Of a DNA stretch of 64,000 nt, positions 55,687-64,000 are shown piece after piece (the stretch's first letter is position 1; each line of letters begins with the position of its first letter). The DNA lies in the NCBI GenBank assembly GCA_017461475.1, contig JAFTXX010000014.1, positions 20,779-84,778 on the forward strand. Reading direction: 5' to 3'. Made by a program: the position numbers and the translations under genes. The notes below the pieces were generated by a model. It did not search any database. It was not told the DNA's origin and saw only the letters and a program-made list of their open reading frames with translations. The stretch is from Clostridia bacterium. GTDB lineage: Bacteria; Bacillota; Clostridia; Oscillospirales; CAG-272.

Positions 55687-57318
55687 ATGAAGATAATTCA
55701 CGAAATTACCCTTGATGTGTCGCGACAGGGTGTACAATGTACCGTCCCGATAACTCAGCACGATGCGGGGATCCACGAGCTTATCGTCCATCTTCGTAAC
55801 GGCGCAAAGCCGATAAAGTTCTTTGCGGGGGATGAGGCGACCCTTTATCTCGGCACCGACAGCTTTGAGCCTGTGACCGTTTACACCGAGAACAGCGCCT
55901 ACCCGAATACCTTGGTATACACGCTGTCACCCTTCGCATCCCAAACCGAGGGAGAGGTCAGGGCTGTATTTCAGATATACAAGGGCTCCGAGAGGGGATG
56001 TTATACTCCCGAGATAGCTTTTTCTGTAAAAAAGGATACTACCTCGGGCTCTAAAGTGTTTGAGTCATCGCCATTTTCGGCTGTTATAAAGGCTCAGGCG
56101 ACAGCCGAGGCGGCGGCATCGAGAGCGGAGGAGGCGGCGGAGGCGGCGGAAAGCGCCGCTAAGGAAGCGACCAACGTGATAGGATCAGCCAAAGGTGACA
56201 GTGCTTTTATCCGTTATTCTGCAAACGCAGACGGAACGGACTTTACCGAGGAGCGTAGCGAAGGGCAGGATTACATAGGCTTTGCCACAGGTCAGACAGC
56301 GCCTACGGATAAGAGCGACTATACTTGGGGATATATCGGTGAGAGCAGTGCAGGTAGCTCGGGACGGTTTGTGCTATTTTCTTTTGACGGGGGAGAGATA
56401 GACATGTCCGCGGCTTTGGTCAAATATGGTGATAAAGGTGTTCAGATACTCAACGGTCAAAGTGTTTTGTTTGATGCCTCGGAATATGAGGATGTTTCAG
56501 AAATCTTAATAATTGTTGTTGACGGCTCTTTAAATGCTTTAGGAGGCGAAGCATATTTATACGATAAAAACGGAGAACAATTGGATGGTGCATACGAGAT
56601 TTCAGCCAACGTTGATGGCGAAACTCTTTGTGTAGATAATCTTCAAGACGTTTACAGCGTTTTTATCAAATGTACTGAAACGGGTGATTCAAGCGGTTCA
56701 AGCGACACAAGCCGACGTGTATTGTTTACATTCAACGCAGGAAAGAGTGCAGCGACACAGTGCGAACTTATATTCGGTGGAGAGTCCTCCCATACTCTCA
56801 CGATAGAAAACGGTCAAACTTTGGTTTGGGATTTAACGGATATGCTAAACGGTGATTACGAAACCGAAATGAGCGTGACCATCACGGACGGCGACGGAAC
56901 GCTATACAAAGGCGAGGTACAATTGTTCGATAGCAACGGCTCAACGCTATCCACGGAGAGCTTCGAGGCAGAGAGCGGCGCATTGGTTAGCTTGAATAGT
57001 ATCGCTAACGCTTCTGTTGTTTATATCAAAGTGAAAGAATTACATACCGTTACTGTGACACTGAGAAGCGATTATGGGTTAGGTTATATTGCGTATGTTG
57101 AGACAAATGACGGCAAAACGTACTCAAATAATTGTGACGAGGGGAACACATTTACACTATCGGTAGAAGATGGTGATAGTTTGTATTTTTATACGAATGG
57201 TGGTAGCGGAGTTTTACTAACAGATTTAACCACTGACGAAATCTTGTGTAATTACGAAACTCAATATACCCTATGCATTGACGGTGATATGACGCTTGAA
57301 ATGTATGCAAGTTCCTAA
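55687..57318 (+). CDS. Putative tail fibre/receptor-binding protein
   Basis: BppU-like N-terminus, Ala-rich coil, IRYSANADGTDF motif, duplicated acidic beta domains. Confidence 0.65.
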   Translation: MKIIHEITLDVSRQGVQCTVPITQHDAGIHELIVHLRNGAKPIKFFAGDEATLYLGTDSFEPVTVYTENSAYPNTLVYTLSPFASQTEGEVRAVFQIYKGSERGCYTPEIAFSVKKDTTSGSKVFESSPFSAVIKAQATAEAAASRAEEAAEAAESAAKEATNVIGSAKGDSAFIRYSANADGTDFTEERSEGQDYIGFATGQTAPTDKSDYTWGYIGESSAGSSGRFVLFSFDGGEIDMSAALVKYGDKGVQILNGQSVLFDASEYEDVSEILIIVVDGSLNALGGEAYLYDKNGEQLDGAYEISANVDGETLCVDNLQDVYSVFIKCTETGDSSGSSDTSRRVLFTFNAGKSAATQCELIFGGESSHTLTIENGQTLVWDLTDMLNGDYETEMSVTITDGDGTLYKGEVQLFDSNGSTLSTESFEAESGALVSLNSIANASVVYIKVKELHTVTVTLRSDYGLGYIAYVETNDGKTYSNNCDEGNTFTLSVEDGDSLYFYTNGGSGVLLTDLTTDEILCNYETQYTLCIDGDMTLEMYASS

Positions 57319-57332
57319 TGGAGGTTTAAGAA

Positions 57333-57623
57333 ATGAAAATATATAATTTTTATAGCGCTAAAAGAAACGGACGGCTTGACCGTGTAAAGTCTCGTGCTAT
57401 TGAGGAAAGAATAAGAGAAAAGTATAGCGTATCGGACGAACTTACAATTATCCGACGAATGCTTTCACAGCTTTTACCGAAGAACACAAGGAATGAAGAA
57501 TACCAAGAGTATTTCGACTTTGTGGACTCGGTGACGAACGATGTAAACGAGGAGACAGCTTACTGCATTGAGCATAAAGGCAAGGTAAAAGCAGAAGTTA
57601 GAAAAGCGGGTTTCAAAGAGTAA
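57333..57623 (+). CDS. Putative tail fibre chaperone-like protein
   Basis: IREKYSVSDEL..EY.EY pattern; follows the fibre gene. Confidence 0.5.
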   Translation: MKIYNFYSAKRNGRLDRVKSRAIEERIREKYSVSDELTIIRRMLSQLLPKNTRNEEYQEYFDFVDSVTNDVNEETAYCIEHKGKVKAEVRKAGFKE

Positions 57624-57635
57624 GAGGAGGCAGAT

Positions 57636-58067
57636 ATGAAATATTTGATCATCGGAAATACTGCTGTATTGGCATCGAGAGATATTGAGCGAATAACGGA
57701 GACGGGAGTTGACGTGAGCGTTGTGGGCATCCCCGACGGAGCTACACTGAACATTCAACGCGATACGACTGCGCGCCATTACGGGATCGTAAGTGAGAAC
57801 GCAAAGGTTCCTCGGGAGCACATGGCGGACGAGGGCATATACAACGTGAATATCAGGTGGAAAGAATTTATTGACGGGGCATACGTTGACCGTGAGGCTT
57901 ACGGAAATCCATTTAAGATCATTGTGAATGACGGAGAGCCCTGCATTATTCCCGCACCGCAGGCGTCGGGGGTGGCGGTAGACGAGATGTGGAGAGGTAT
58001 ATCAAATCTGCTTGAGATCATTCTCCCATTGATAGACACCTTGAAAAACGGAAACGATGTGATTTAA
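57636..58067 (+). CDS. Hypothetical phage protein
   Basis: GAGGAGG RBS. Confidence 0.7.
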   Translation: MKYLIIGNTAVLASRDIERITETGVDVSVVGIPDGATLNIQRDTTARHYGIVSENAKVPREHMADEGIYNVNIRWKEFIDGAYVDREAYGNPFKIIVNDGEPCIIPAPQASGVAVDEMWRGISNLLEIILPLIDTLKNGNDVI

Positions 58068-58073
58068 GAAAGG

Positions 58074-58820
58074 ATGATTATTATGAAAAAAATAAGTGTT
58101 TTGATCTTAGCGGTACTTATGTTTATGTCGCTTACGGGCATATTCATCTCTGCCGAGGACGGAGCGGAGGTCTCTTATGAGTCCGAGACCGTGACAGAGG
58201 CGAACAGCGAATATGAGGACAGCGCGGCGCTCGAAGATTACGCCGAAGAATTTTTTACATATCTGCTCTCGGGAGAGGATGGCGCAGGCGAGCTTATGGA
58301 CAGGATCATAGCTATAGGAGAGCAATATCGGGATGCAAAGGAGGCGGGGTACACCTTTAAGGAAAGGATATATCAGCTTCTTACTCCCGAAAATATCGTA
58401 ACAACGGTTGCGGCGGCGTTTATATTTATCATAGGTATCGCGTTTTTTATCTTCCGCCACTATCAGAAGCTCGATATTCGCGCTATACATTCGGATGTTT
58501 CTTACCTGAAAAAGAATCTTGAAGAGGAGCGAGAAGAGAACAAGCAGTTGAGGGAGATAATAGAGCGGCAGGATAAACATATAGAGGAGCTTACGGCTTC
58601 AAATAAGCTCCTTACGGAAAGCACAGAGAAAAATAAGAGCGACACGGACCGTGTGTCGAATATGTCCGCTGCTGTGGCAAAGATGGTAAAGGATGTTTTC
58701 CTTAATTCAAAGACTATTGACGCAAGTGGCAAGGCTCTTCTCGTCCACAACTATATGGAGGCTGTGGGAAAGGATGAGACCGTCTCAGATGCGGCACAAA
58801 AGGATGGGGAGAATGAGTAA
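58074..58820 (+). CDS. Membrane protein: signal peptide, acidic domain, TM helix, coiled coil
   Basis: MKKISVLILAVL.. signal; internal TM; heptad region. Confidence 0.7.
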   Translation: MIIMKKISVLILAVLMFMSLTGIFISAEDGAEVSYESETVTEANSEYEDSAALEDYAEEFFTYLLSGEDGAGELMDRIIAIGEQYRDAKEAGYTFKERIYQLLTPENIVTTVAAAFIFIIGIAFFIFRHYQKLDIRAIHSDVSYLKKNLEEEREENKQLREIIERQDKHIEELTASNKLLTESTEKNKSDTDRVSNMSAAVAKMVKDVFLNSKTIDASGKALLVHNYMEAVGKDETVSDAAQKDGENE

Positions 58821-59205
58821 TAAATTTAAGTACGGTATGTGGGATCTTATCGCGCGGACAGTGGCTGTTATTCCGCCTATTGCGGCAATTCTCTATTTTT
58901 TCCCCGAGTGGATAAAAAGGTCGCCTCGCGCCACGGTATCGGGAACGGTGGTTCTTGCTGTTCTTGTGTGTATGATCCCTTTTTGGAAAAAACTTGTTGA
59001 GCTCTCAAAAAGCCTCTCATCTACGGGGATTCCCGTGTTCTGGCTTGCGTCGGGGGGAGCTATGTATATACTTAAAGATATAGCCGACCGCGTGTTTTAT
59101 ATTTGTATTTTTGGATTTGCGGGTTCTCTTTTGAGTATTGCCGTATGTATGTTTATAAGAAACAGATACCTCCCCTCAGAGGGAAACAAGGAAAATAAAG
59201 GCTAA
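58813..59205 (+). CDS. Four-TM membrane protein (holin candidate)
   Basis: Hydrophobic helices and a charged C-terminus. Confidence 0.6.
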   Translation: MSNKFKYGMWDLIARTVAVIPPIAAILYFFPEWIKRSPRATVSGTVVLAVLVCMIPFWKKLVELSKSLSSTGIPVFWLASGGAMYILKDIADRVFYICIFGFAGSLLSIAVCMFIRNRYLPSEGNKENKG

Positions 59206-59216
59206 GGAGAAAAGCT

Positions 59217-60140
59217 GTGGACGATCAAAACAAATTCGATTATTCCTCTCTGTCGGAAAAGAGACGAAACGCGGTAAAGAGCGCAGAGAGAGGGTTTATA
59301 AACGTCGGTTCTGACAAATTTCGGATGAATGACGTTATGCTTAGCGCGCTTGTAGTCATAGCGGCGGTCATATCCTTTACCGATTTCAGCTTTTCTCTCA
59401 GAGGTGTCAGCAATCTTACCGCCCTGACGGTATTTCTGTACATCATTACGATGTACGTTTACCGAAACCGATATATGAAAGGAATATCCAGAGGCAGACA
59501 GGACGAAGAATACATAAGAGCTCTCGAGAATTATCGGGCAAAAAGGAAAGAGCTTGATGAGTCGGAGCTTACGGGCAGGGTTTCCGAATTCTGTACATAT
59601 TACAAAAAGAAAGAATTGAGGGAATACCGGGAGAGTCTGTTGTGTGACATAGATATGACCTATGAGGAATACAGGGAAAAGTATATGAGGATGTCTCTGC
59701 GACAGTTAAAAAAGGCGGGAATAACATATGAGGGCATACGCGTTATAAGAAAGTGTAACAGGGCAAAGGCGATCAAGCTCTATCCCGGAATGATACTCAA
59801 CGAAAACGGTGAATACGACAGACAGAAGCTCATAGGCAGAAGCGGCAGAGAAAGAGAACGCTCTGATGTAAAAAGGGAAGCCATAAGCCGAGCGTTGTAT
59901 GTGATATTCGGCTCTGTGATAGTTATAAATGTGATGTTCAATTTTTCCTTTATAACGGTGGCGCAGTGGATAATCAGAATGTTGCCCGTTGTCATAGCCA
60001 TAATAAGCGGAGATGACGGAGGATATTGTTGTATTACCGTTACGGAGACTAACTTTAAGCACGGGCAGGTGGGAATTATCAATCTCTTTAATGAATGGAT
60101 AAAAAGCAGATCGCAAGAGATGGTGGACGAAGAAGAATAA
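59217..60140 (+). CDS. Membrane protein (2 TM, soluble loop, 2 TM)
   Basis: Hydropathy pattern; AAGGAG RBS; followed by a terminator hairpin at about 60147-60190. Confidence 0.7.
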   Translation: MDDQNKFDYSSLSEKRRNAVKSAERGFINVGSDKFRMNDVMLSALVVIAAVISFTDFSFSLRGVSNLTALTVFLYIITMYVYRNRYMKGISRGRQDEEYIRALENYRAKRKELDESELTGRVSEFCTYYKKKELREYRESLLCDIDMTYEEYREKYMRMSLRQLKKAGITYEGIRVIRKCNRAKAIKLYPGMILNENGEYDRQKLIGRSGRERERSDVKREAISRALYVIFGSVIVINVMFNFSFITVAQWIIRMLPVVIAIISGDDGGYCCITVTETNFKHGQVGIINLFNEWIKSRSQEMVDEEE

Positions 60141-60193
60141 AGATAGAAAAATCCGAGAGGCAAATACACCTCTCGGATTTTTCGTTTTTATAT

Positions 60194-60514
60194 TTATTGA
60201 CTATTATATGTATCTATGACCGTTTGCATACGGCGAGCCCTGTCGAGGAGGTGCTGTGCCGCGGGGCTTTGTGGGTCTCCGAAAACGTCAAGCTCTCCCC
60301 GCGCTCTGAACAGAAGATACTCGATGGTCGATACTGTCAGACGAAGCTTGTTGGGGGAATAGGTGGCGGTTATTACGAGACTGTCAAGCTCGGAATTGTC
60401 AAAATATTCGCTTTGAAGCTCTGTAAGCAATCCGTATGCCATATCCAGGAGCTCGCAAGCATCGGATGTGGCATCGGCTATCATTACTATTTCTTTCTTA
60501 GTGTAATCAGACAT
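60194..60514 (-). CDS. Hypothetical protein
   Basis: GAGGAG RBS on the minus strand. Confidence 0.65.
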   Translation of the reverse strand: MSDYTKKEIVMIADATSDACELLDMAYGLLTELQSEYFDNSELDSLVITATYSPNKLRLTVSTIEYLLFRARGELDVFGDPQSPAAQHLLDRARRMQTVIDTYNSQ

Positions 60515-60611
60515 AGATCACAGTCCTCCTCTATATAATATTTTTATGTTATGAAAAGTGTATATACTCGGATAATATCGGGCTCTGCCGTCGATGATCG
60601 ATCATATCAGA

Positions 60612-60977
60612 TCATACTACATCTGCAAGAAGATCCTCGATGACATCGGGAAGATGTATAGGATCGAGTTGACATTCGGTGCATACTCTTGCGAAGCGCA
60701 GGGCGACCTCAGGATCGGTGGAAACATCCGAGATGAAAGAGACCTCCTGGCCGTTCGACAGGGCGCTGATGCCGTAGGAGATGTAGGCGCCGAGCTCGTC
60801 CGATACGAGAGACTCCTTTGTGGAAACGTAGACGTATCGGACAGGGGAGTCGTTAATATTTGGAGCGGACGTGTCGAACATCTCTGATGTGAGTTTCGTC
60901 CTTGCCGCTTCTGAGATAGGCGACCTTGCGCGAGAGACATGACTTGAGCTTGCGATTGAGTTGAGTTTTTTGAACAT
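60612..60977 (-). CDS. DUF6514-like protein
   Basis: SYGI..ISDVSTD..QLDPIHLPDVIEDLL; AAGGAG RBS. Confidence 0.65.
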   Translation of the reverse strand: MFKKLNSIASSSHVSRARSPISEAARTKLTSEMFDTSAPNINDSPVRYVYVSTKESLVSDELGAYISYGISALSNGQEVSFISDVSTDPEVALRFARVCTECQLDPIHLPDVIEDLLADVV

Positions 60978-61245
60978 AATACAGTTCTCCTTAAAAAAAA
61001 TATTTGAGCCGCATATATAGCTCCAACTCAAAAAGGAACTATACGCGAGAACTCCTGAGATGAACTGAATTTTGGTCTAAAAACAATTGAGGAGATGAGC
61101 GGAATGCATTTCGAGATACCGTTTCAGATACCGTTGAATGTATCTTGTGAATGTATATTGATATAACGAGACGTTGGTAACAAGTGGGCAACGAAAAATA
61201 AAATTCACCTTGTAAATAAAGGAATTTGATTACAATAAATCGTGC

Positions 61246-61290
61246 TTCGTAATCAGCAGGTCGTGTGTTCGAGTCACATCACCAGCTCCA
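61246..61290 (+). repeat. att core at an attP-type junction (phage right end joined to phage left end)
   Basis: 3' half of tRNA-Thr without the 5' half; identical to 21060-21104. Confidence 0.92.
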
Positions 61291-61866
61291 TTGAAAAGTC
61301 TTGAAAGCCTTGATTTTATTAGGTTTTTGGGACTTTTCTTTTTTTTGTCCGTTATCTCTGTTTTTAGGCAAAATTCTTCAAAAATCGCGTCAAATCTTGA
61401 ATGTTGGTAACGCTGTTGGCAACATTTTTACCTCTCTCGATACGCTTAAAACCTTGTAAAATCAAGAGTTTTGACTTCTTTTAACGGTTTATTCATCATT
61501 TTGACATCAATTTTTGCATTTTTATTATATCACAGGTGTCTTTTTTTGTCAAGTATTGGAAGAAAAATATTTATATTTGTCTTTTCATGCCCCTCTTTGG
61601 TCTCTATTTGGGGCATCATCCCATATTTTTCTTTCTATGCTATCCGATTTTTTTAAAGCTATTGGAGAAGCATAAAAATGGAAAAATATCCCATATAGCA
61701 TGCAACGGGCTTAGTGTATAAATACGGCGGGGCTCTTTGCTTTCCGTTCCAACTGCAAACCAAAAAGCGGGGAGCTCATTGCTCTCCGCTTTTTGCTGTT
61801 TTACAGCTTTTTGCTTTTACAGATCATTTATGATCGTTTACAAATTACACTCGTTACTTTTTTCTT

Positions 61867-63003
61867 TTACAGGTCCTTTATGGCGTTCTTAAGCCATTCG
61901 GTATCTGTATGGGTATATGTATTCAGTGTCGTTTCTATCTGTTTATGTCCGATTATATCTTGCAGCGCTTTGGGATCGACGCCTTTCTTTGCGCACATTG
62001 ATGCGAACGTATGGCGGCAGGTATGGGGATTTCGTTTCTTTATCTGCTCCTCCGTATATCCCGCGCTCTCCAGAGCCTTATAGTACACTCTCTTTCTGAA
62101 ATTCTCGCTATTGAATTTTGATCCCGTTGCCGAGGAGTAGAGGTATTCTCCCTCCGAATTGAGAAGTCTCTCGAGGATCATCGCCACCGAGTCGGGGATG
62201 GGGATGACACGGTTTTTTCCTTTTTCGGTCTTATTTCCTCCGTGGAGGCATCCGTCGTAGTAATCGTTTTTTTTCAGGGACAGGAACTCATCTATTCTCA
62301 GCCCCGTATAGCAAAGGAAGAGCACCACGCCTATTCTGAGGTCCTGTGTGGCATCATAATGTTTTCTGAGGGCTTCTATCTCCTCATCACTGAAACGCTC
62401 CTTAGAGGGCGGTTTTTTAGCTGTTACCGAGCAGAATACGGCGTAGTCCTTATCGATCACGTCGTTCTGGACTCCCCACTGGCATATCTTTGAGGCGAGG
62501 AGGGCTATTTTTGAGACGGTCGAGTGGGATTTGCCCTGTTCGACGGCTTTGTTCAATATCTCCTGTATCTGCTGTGTTTTTATATCGCTGAGTCGGGTAT
62601 TCTCGAGGGGGCGCAGAAATCTCCACGCCATCTCATACGTTCCTATCCCTTTGGGTGTCAGTGTGGCGAAGTGTGTCTCGCTCCACATTCTGTACGCCTC
62701 TCCGAAAGTGACTTTAAAAAGCGCTGTGACGTTCCCTTTTATATTGATATTATCGAGCGCTATTTCTGCCTCGGTCTTTGTGGCGTAGGTGCCGTAGGTG
62801 ATACGCTGTCGTTCTCCGTCTCTATCGACGTATATCCTGACGAGGTAGGGTTTTCTTCTTCGTCCCGGGAGCTTGGTGATCGTGCCCATACCGTTGGCTC
62901 GTTTGAGCTTTTTGGGCTTGGGGGTGGACAGCAGCTTTTTACCGCAGTATCTGCAATATACGCTGTCGTCCTCTATTTCGTTTTTACATTTTTTGCAGAT
63001 CAT
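61867..63003 (-). CDS. int: Tyrosine integrase (second copy)
   Basis: Translation identical to 21681-22817. Confidence 0.95.
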   Translation of the reverse strand: MICKKCKNEIEDDSVYCRYCGKKLLSTPKPKKLKRANGMGTITKLPGRRRKPYLVRIYVDRDGERQRITYGTYATKTEAEIALDNINIKGNVTALFKVTFGEAYRMWSETHFATLTPKGIGTYEMAWRFLRPLENTRLSDIKTQQIQEILNKAVEQGKSHSTVSKIALLASKICQWGVQNDVIDKDYAVFCSVTAKKPPSKERFSDEEIEALRKHYDATQDLRIGVVLFLCYTGLRIDEFLSLKKNDYYDGCLHGGNKTEKGKNRVIPIPDSVAMILERLLNSEGEYLYSSATGSKFNSENFRKRVYYKALESAGYTEEQIKKRNPHTCRHTFASMCAKKGVDPKALQDIIGHKQIETTLNTYTHTDTEWLKNAIKDL

Positions 63004-63029
63004 GGCGGGGAGCTCCTTTCAGAAATTTG

Positions 63030-63506
63030 TTAATAGTCGAAAAACAACGACGCGATTAACAGTAATTGTAATAAAAACTGATAAATTGGCAGACATGCAG
63101 AGGCTCGAAGCACCGGGGAATATGCGTTCTTCAAACTGCTCGAATCAAGGGATTTATAAAATGAAATTCTTTTTATGAATACAAAAATAGTTAGCATTAA
63201 AAAGAAAACGTGTATCGAGGTTAGCGCTATTGCAAAACCATAAAGGTCGTTATAGCACAGAAAATACAAAATAATGGATAAAATAGTAAAGCCTACAAAC
63301 TTTGTAATTAAGCTGGCGGTGTAGTTAAAAAAATTATTTGATATCTCTAGCAGTCGTCCGTAAAAAACATTATGAGTTTGTACTATTTGGATATTCAGTG
63401 CTGCAATGGGATCTGAGCAGTAAGCCTTTTGGAATATTATAACGTTCCTTATCCAAAATATAGCTAACAACACGATGGCGATTGGGATACATACAAGTAG
63501 ATTCAT
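63030..63506 (-). CDS. Hypothetical membrane protein (second copy)
   Basis: Translation identical to 22844-23320. Confidence 0.7.
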   Translation of the reverse strand: MNLLVCIPIAIVLLAIFWIRNVIIFQKAYCSDPIAALNIQIVQTHNVFYGRLLEISNNFFNYTASLITKFVGFTILSIILYFLCYNDLYGFAIALTSIHVFFLMLTIFVFIKRISFYKSLDSSSLKNAYSPVLRASACLPIYQFLLQLLLIASLFFDY

Positions 63507-63776
63507 AATTAAACCTCCAAAGTTTCTATTTTTTGACAGTCTAATTATACCACACTTTTGGGAATAAATAAAGTCGGTTGTGGGAATTTCTCAAAATTTT
63601 TTACGATTTTACATATTTTTACGTTAATATTCGACAATATTCGACAGAACGTACTACTTACTAATAATTGTATCGATTATATATCCGTTGAGAAACAGCA
63701 GAGTTTGTTTTTTTCTTAAAACAGATTGACTATTTTTGGGTTTTGTTGTATAATGTAAGGGGAGGAGGTAATATTT

Positions 63777-64000
63777 ATGGTTAAAAGTGAAATAATCGAA
63801 AAGGCAAAAGAATTTTGTGAAGAACATAATATCAACTCTTATCCGGTAAAAATAGTTGATCTCTGCTCCAAATACGGCATTAGCGTTTTTGAGGAATATT
63901 TACCTGATGACGTATCGGGTATTATTGCCGTGCGGGATGAAATCTTTGATGATTTTAATACGAACAGGTTAATTGTTGTGAATTTATCCGACAGCGCGAG
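63777..64000 (+). CDS. ImmA/IrrE peptidase, 5' part (second copy, truncated by the window)
   Basis: Matches the start of 23591-24109. Confidence 0.85.
   Translation, partial: MVKSEIIEKAKEFCEEHNINSYPVKIVDLCSKYGISVFEEYLPDDVSGIIAVRDEIFDDFNTNRLIVVNLSDSA

Larger units (their letters stand above)
21060..61245. mobile_element. Temperate prophage, 40,186 bp, podovirus-like architecture
   Basis: att core from the tRNA anticodon loop is repeated at 61246; integrase, CI/Cro, recombination, replication, terminase, portal, capsid and tail modules present. Confidence 0.95.
61246..64000. mobile_element. Second tandem copy of the prophage left end (truncated by the window)
   Basis: Matches 21060-23814 at a constant offset of 40,186; ORF translations are identical. 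Confidence 0.92.

Noticed and set aside
61246-61290. Second tRNA-Thr gene
   Set aside because: The 5' half (acceptor strand and D arm) is missing; this is the att core.

Overview
Chromosomal window from a Firmicutes (Clostridia-like) genome. Bases 1-21,000 are host genes: HtrA, YdcF, two MgtC, a galactokinase-family kinase, an MBL hydrolase, rlmH and a GATase-less guaA. These are followed by an AT-rich accessory stretch with an NCS2 permease and a C-protein-controlled type II R-M system, then a PadR/DUF1700/DUF4097 operon, a GH78 rhamnosidase and rsmA. A 40,186-bp temperate prophage with podovirus-like architecture is integrated in tRNA-Thr(CGT) (21060-61245), and an apparently identical second copy starts at 61246 and runs off the window end. 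Two signals stand out. (1) The 3,217-aa polyvalent protein gene (45957-55610) contains seven in-frame antisense cassettes, each a sigma-A promoter (TTGACA-like, exactly 17 bp, TATACT/TATAAT) driving a ~70-85 nt RNA closed by a terminal stem and a U-tract. They sit directly behind putative RNase-fold effector domains, suggesting a modular effector-domain plus cognate small-RNA system. (2) The CI repressor has a Prp protease cleavage motif (LNLQLF/A) in its interdomain linker, and the phage encodes its own Prp plus capsid and scaffold proteins bearing the same motif. All family assignments are from motif recognition by eye, not database searches.
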